Shown piece by piece: positions 62,589-64,000 of a stretch of 64,000 nt of DNA. This stretch comes from Stylophora pistillata (Eukaryota): the NCBI RefSeq assembly GCF_002571385.2, contig NW_019218423.1, forward strand, positions 1 to 64,000, given 5' to 3'. A program made the translations under genes and the position numbers. Within the stretch, counting starts at the first letter, position 1. Each line of letters begins with the position of its first letter. The notes under the pieces were generated by a model. The model worked only from the letters and a program-made list of their open reading frames with translations, searched no databases and had not been told where the DNA came from.

Positions 62589-63720
62589 ATGCATTTCCAA
62601 GAAGTTCATTCAGCCCTGTGTCAACACCACTGTGTAGAGAAGTTCATAAAAAGCTTGGGAAACCAAGATACAGAGTATGTGGGTTTTTCCAGCTCCATTT
62701 GATTCCTTTAGTGAATACCTTTATATTCTAAGATCATTATTGGTTATTTCACTACATGTATGTGAGTTGTGTTTAGAGTGGGCCAGGACTCCCAAATACC
62801 ACATTCCTCCCAACCTCAACCAAGGCCTGGTTCTCTTCCCACTTTTTATCCACTTGGTAAATTGGAATTTTTTTTTCAAACAAACAAAACAGAACAAAAA
62901 CAATTCAAACAAAATCGATATTCACAAACTTCCTTGTTTTTTCTTTTTGAAACAAAGATTTGGTCAGATAATTATTCTGTTCAACTTTAACAGTAAAGTT
63001 TTGAAGATAGTTGTTGATAAATGCAATTTAATCATCTCACTCTCGCCTCACGACATAATTTTACTTAAAGAAAAATTAAAGAGTATTGAACAAGTAATTA
63101 TAGTTAGGAATTGTTTTTTTTTTTTTTTTAAGATTCTGGGGTTTAAGATTAAATATTTCTGCTTAAAATTTCAGCTTGAAATAGTTTTCAAGTTCTTCTG
63201 GCTCAACGTGAAAGTTTTAAAGAGGATCTCCAACATTCACTTCTTTTTCGTTCTTCACTCTTACCTTTCCTCTTCATTCACTTTAGGCGTGGAAGCTTCA
63301 CCGGGTAGAGAGTGCTATCCTTCACGATGAGGTTAGCGAAACTTTGCGTACCTTACTTTAAAAAACATGCAGTCAGAAGCAGTAGGAAAATATCTGAGTA
63401 ACAAAAGCTTATTAAGGTCACGTCAAACTTTAACCGAGGGGGGCTTTTCATATACTTACAGGTGTACGAAACAAGAAACTAACGTTAAGAACGGTTAATT
63501 TCTTAGCCGGAATTGAGCTCTCGGATGTCTTTCAATTAAACAAGAAAGAATCGAAAATTCTAGGAACTTTCATCCAGTTGTTTTCTTTTTCGCTGTTGTT
63601 GTTTGGTAATACCAAACGGGCCACCTCGTGTGTCCTTTATCTGCCAATGTGCAACATGTACATGTACGGTACCCTCTAGTGTCTCTTTCTAGAAGGTGTT
63701 GTGGGAAATGTCTGGAAAAA

Positions 63721-63757
63721 ATGGCGGCAAGAGTGCTTACCAGTTTTTGTCTATTCA
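63721..63757 (+). CDS. Possible first coding exon of a downstream gene (MAARVLTSFCLF, mitochondrial-presequence-like)
   Basis: AAAAATGGCGGC start context followed by candidate donor A/GTAAAG; no downstream exon visible in the window. Confidence 0.3.
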
Positions 63758-64000
63758 GTAAAGGACTTATCCAAGTGATTTGTGATCACTTCACAGTTGT
63801 GAACCGTACCATTTATTTGTTGTTTGTTTTCTTCTCTCCATCATGAACACTTTGTTATCTGCATATTAAACAGCTGAACATTTACACCGATATAAATTAC
63901 ATCGTGCTTGATAGCACCATGACCTATATAATGAGTCTTATGAAATATCTTACTTCTTCTTCTTGCTTCATGTTTGATGCATCATTTCTGTTGTTGTTGC

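Noticed and set aside
58807-63277. Minus-strand multi-exon gene from candidate exons 63277-63265, 62104-62028, 61976-61906, 59010-58807
   Set aside because: Splice-like signals exist but the phases could not be joined into one open frame; may be UTR or non-coding exons and needs RNA-seq.
62677-63330. 217-aa plus-strand ORF
   Set aside because: Low-complexity F/K/L/I composition from A/T runs, non-ATG start, no motif.

Overview
AT-rich, intron-containing animal genomic DNA with one assembly gap (3542-4412). The repeat families, short intronless GPCRs and gene style suggest a cnidarian, probably a stony coral (inference, not verified). In order: (1) a decaying minus-strand array of three class-A GPCR copies (~0.4-9 kb); (2) three tandem, co-oriented paralogous genes (12.4-31 kb) for secreted proteins built as signal peptide + polybasic segment + 4-5 furin-like Cys-rich repeats (one repeat per phase-1 exon) + either a polybasic tail (genes B, C) or an acidic (TTEEP/TTEAP)n mucin-like tail (gene A); this is an R-spondin-like layout without a TSP1 domain, gene A has an in-frame TGA at a conserved Cys position, and gene B uses two consecutive GC-AG introns; (3) small membrane-protein ORFs (31.9-36 kb), two of which look like paralogues of a type III membrane protein family I do not recognise; (4) a head-to-head pair of intact cytochrome P450 genes differing by one intron (37.9-52.4 kb); (5) further uncharacterised ORFs (55.5-59.5 kb). 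Mobile DNA is dense: LINE 3' fragments, several MITE types, palindromic tRNA-derived repeats, and Penelope-like remnants with minimal type I hammerhead ribozyme motifs. All gene models were read by eye from splice signals and frame continuity; no database search was run.
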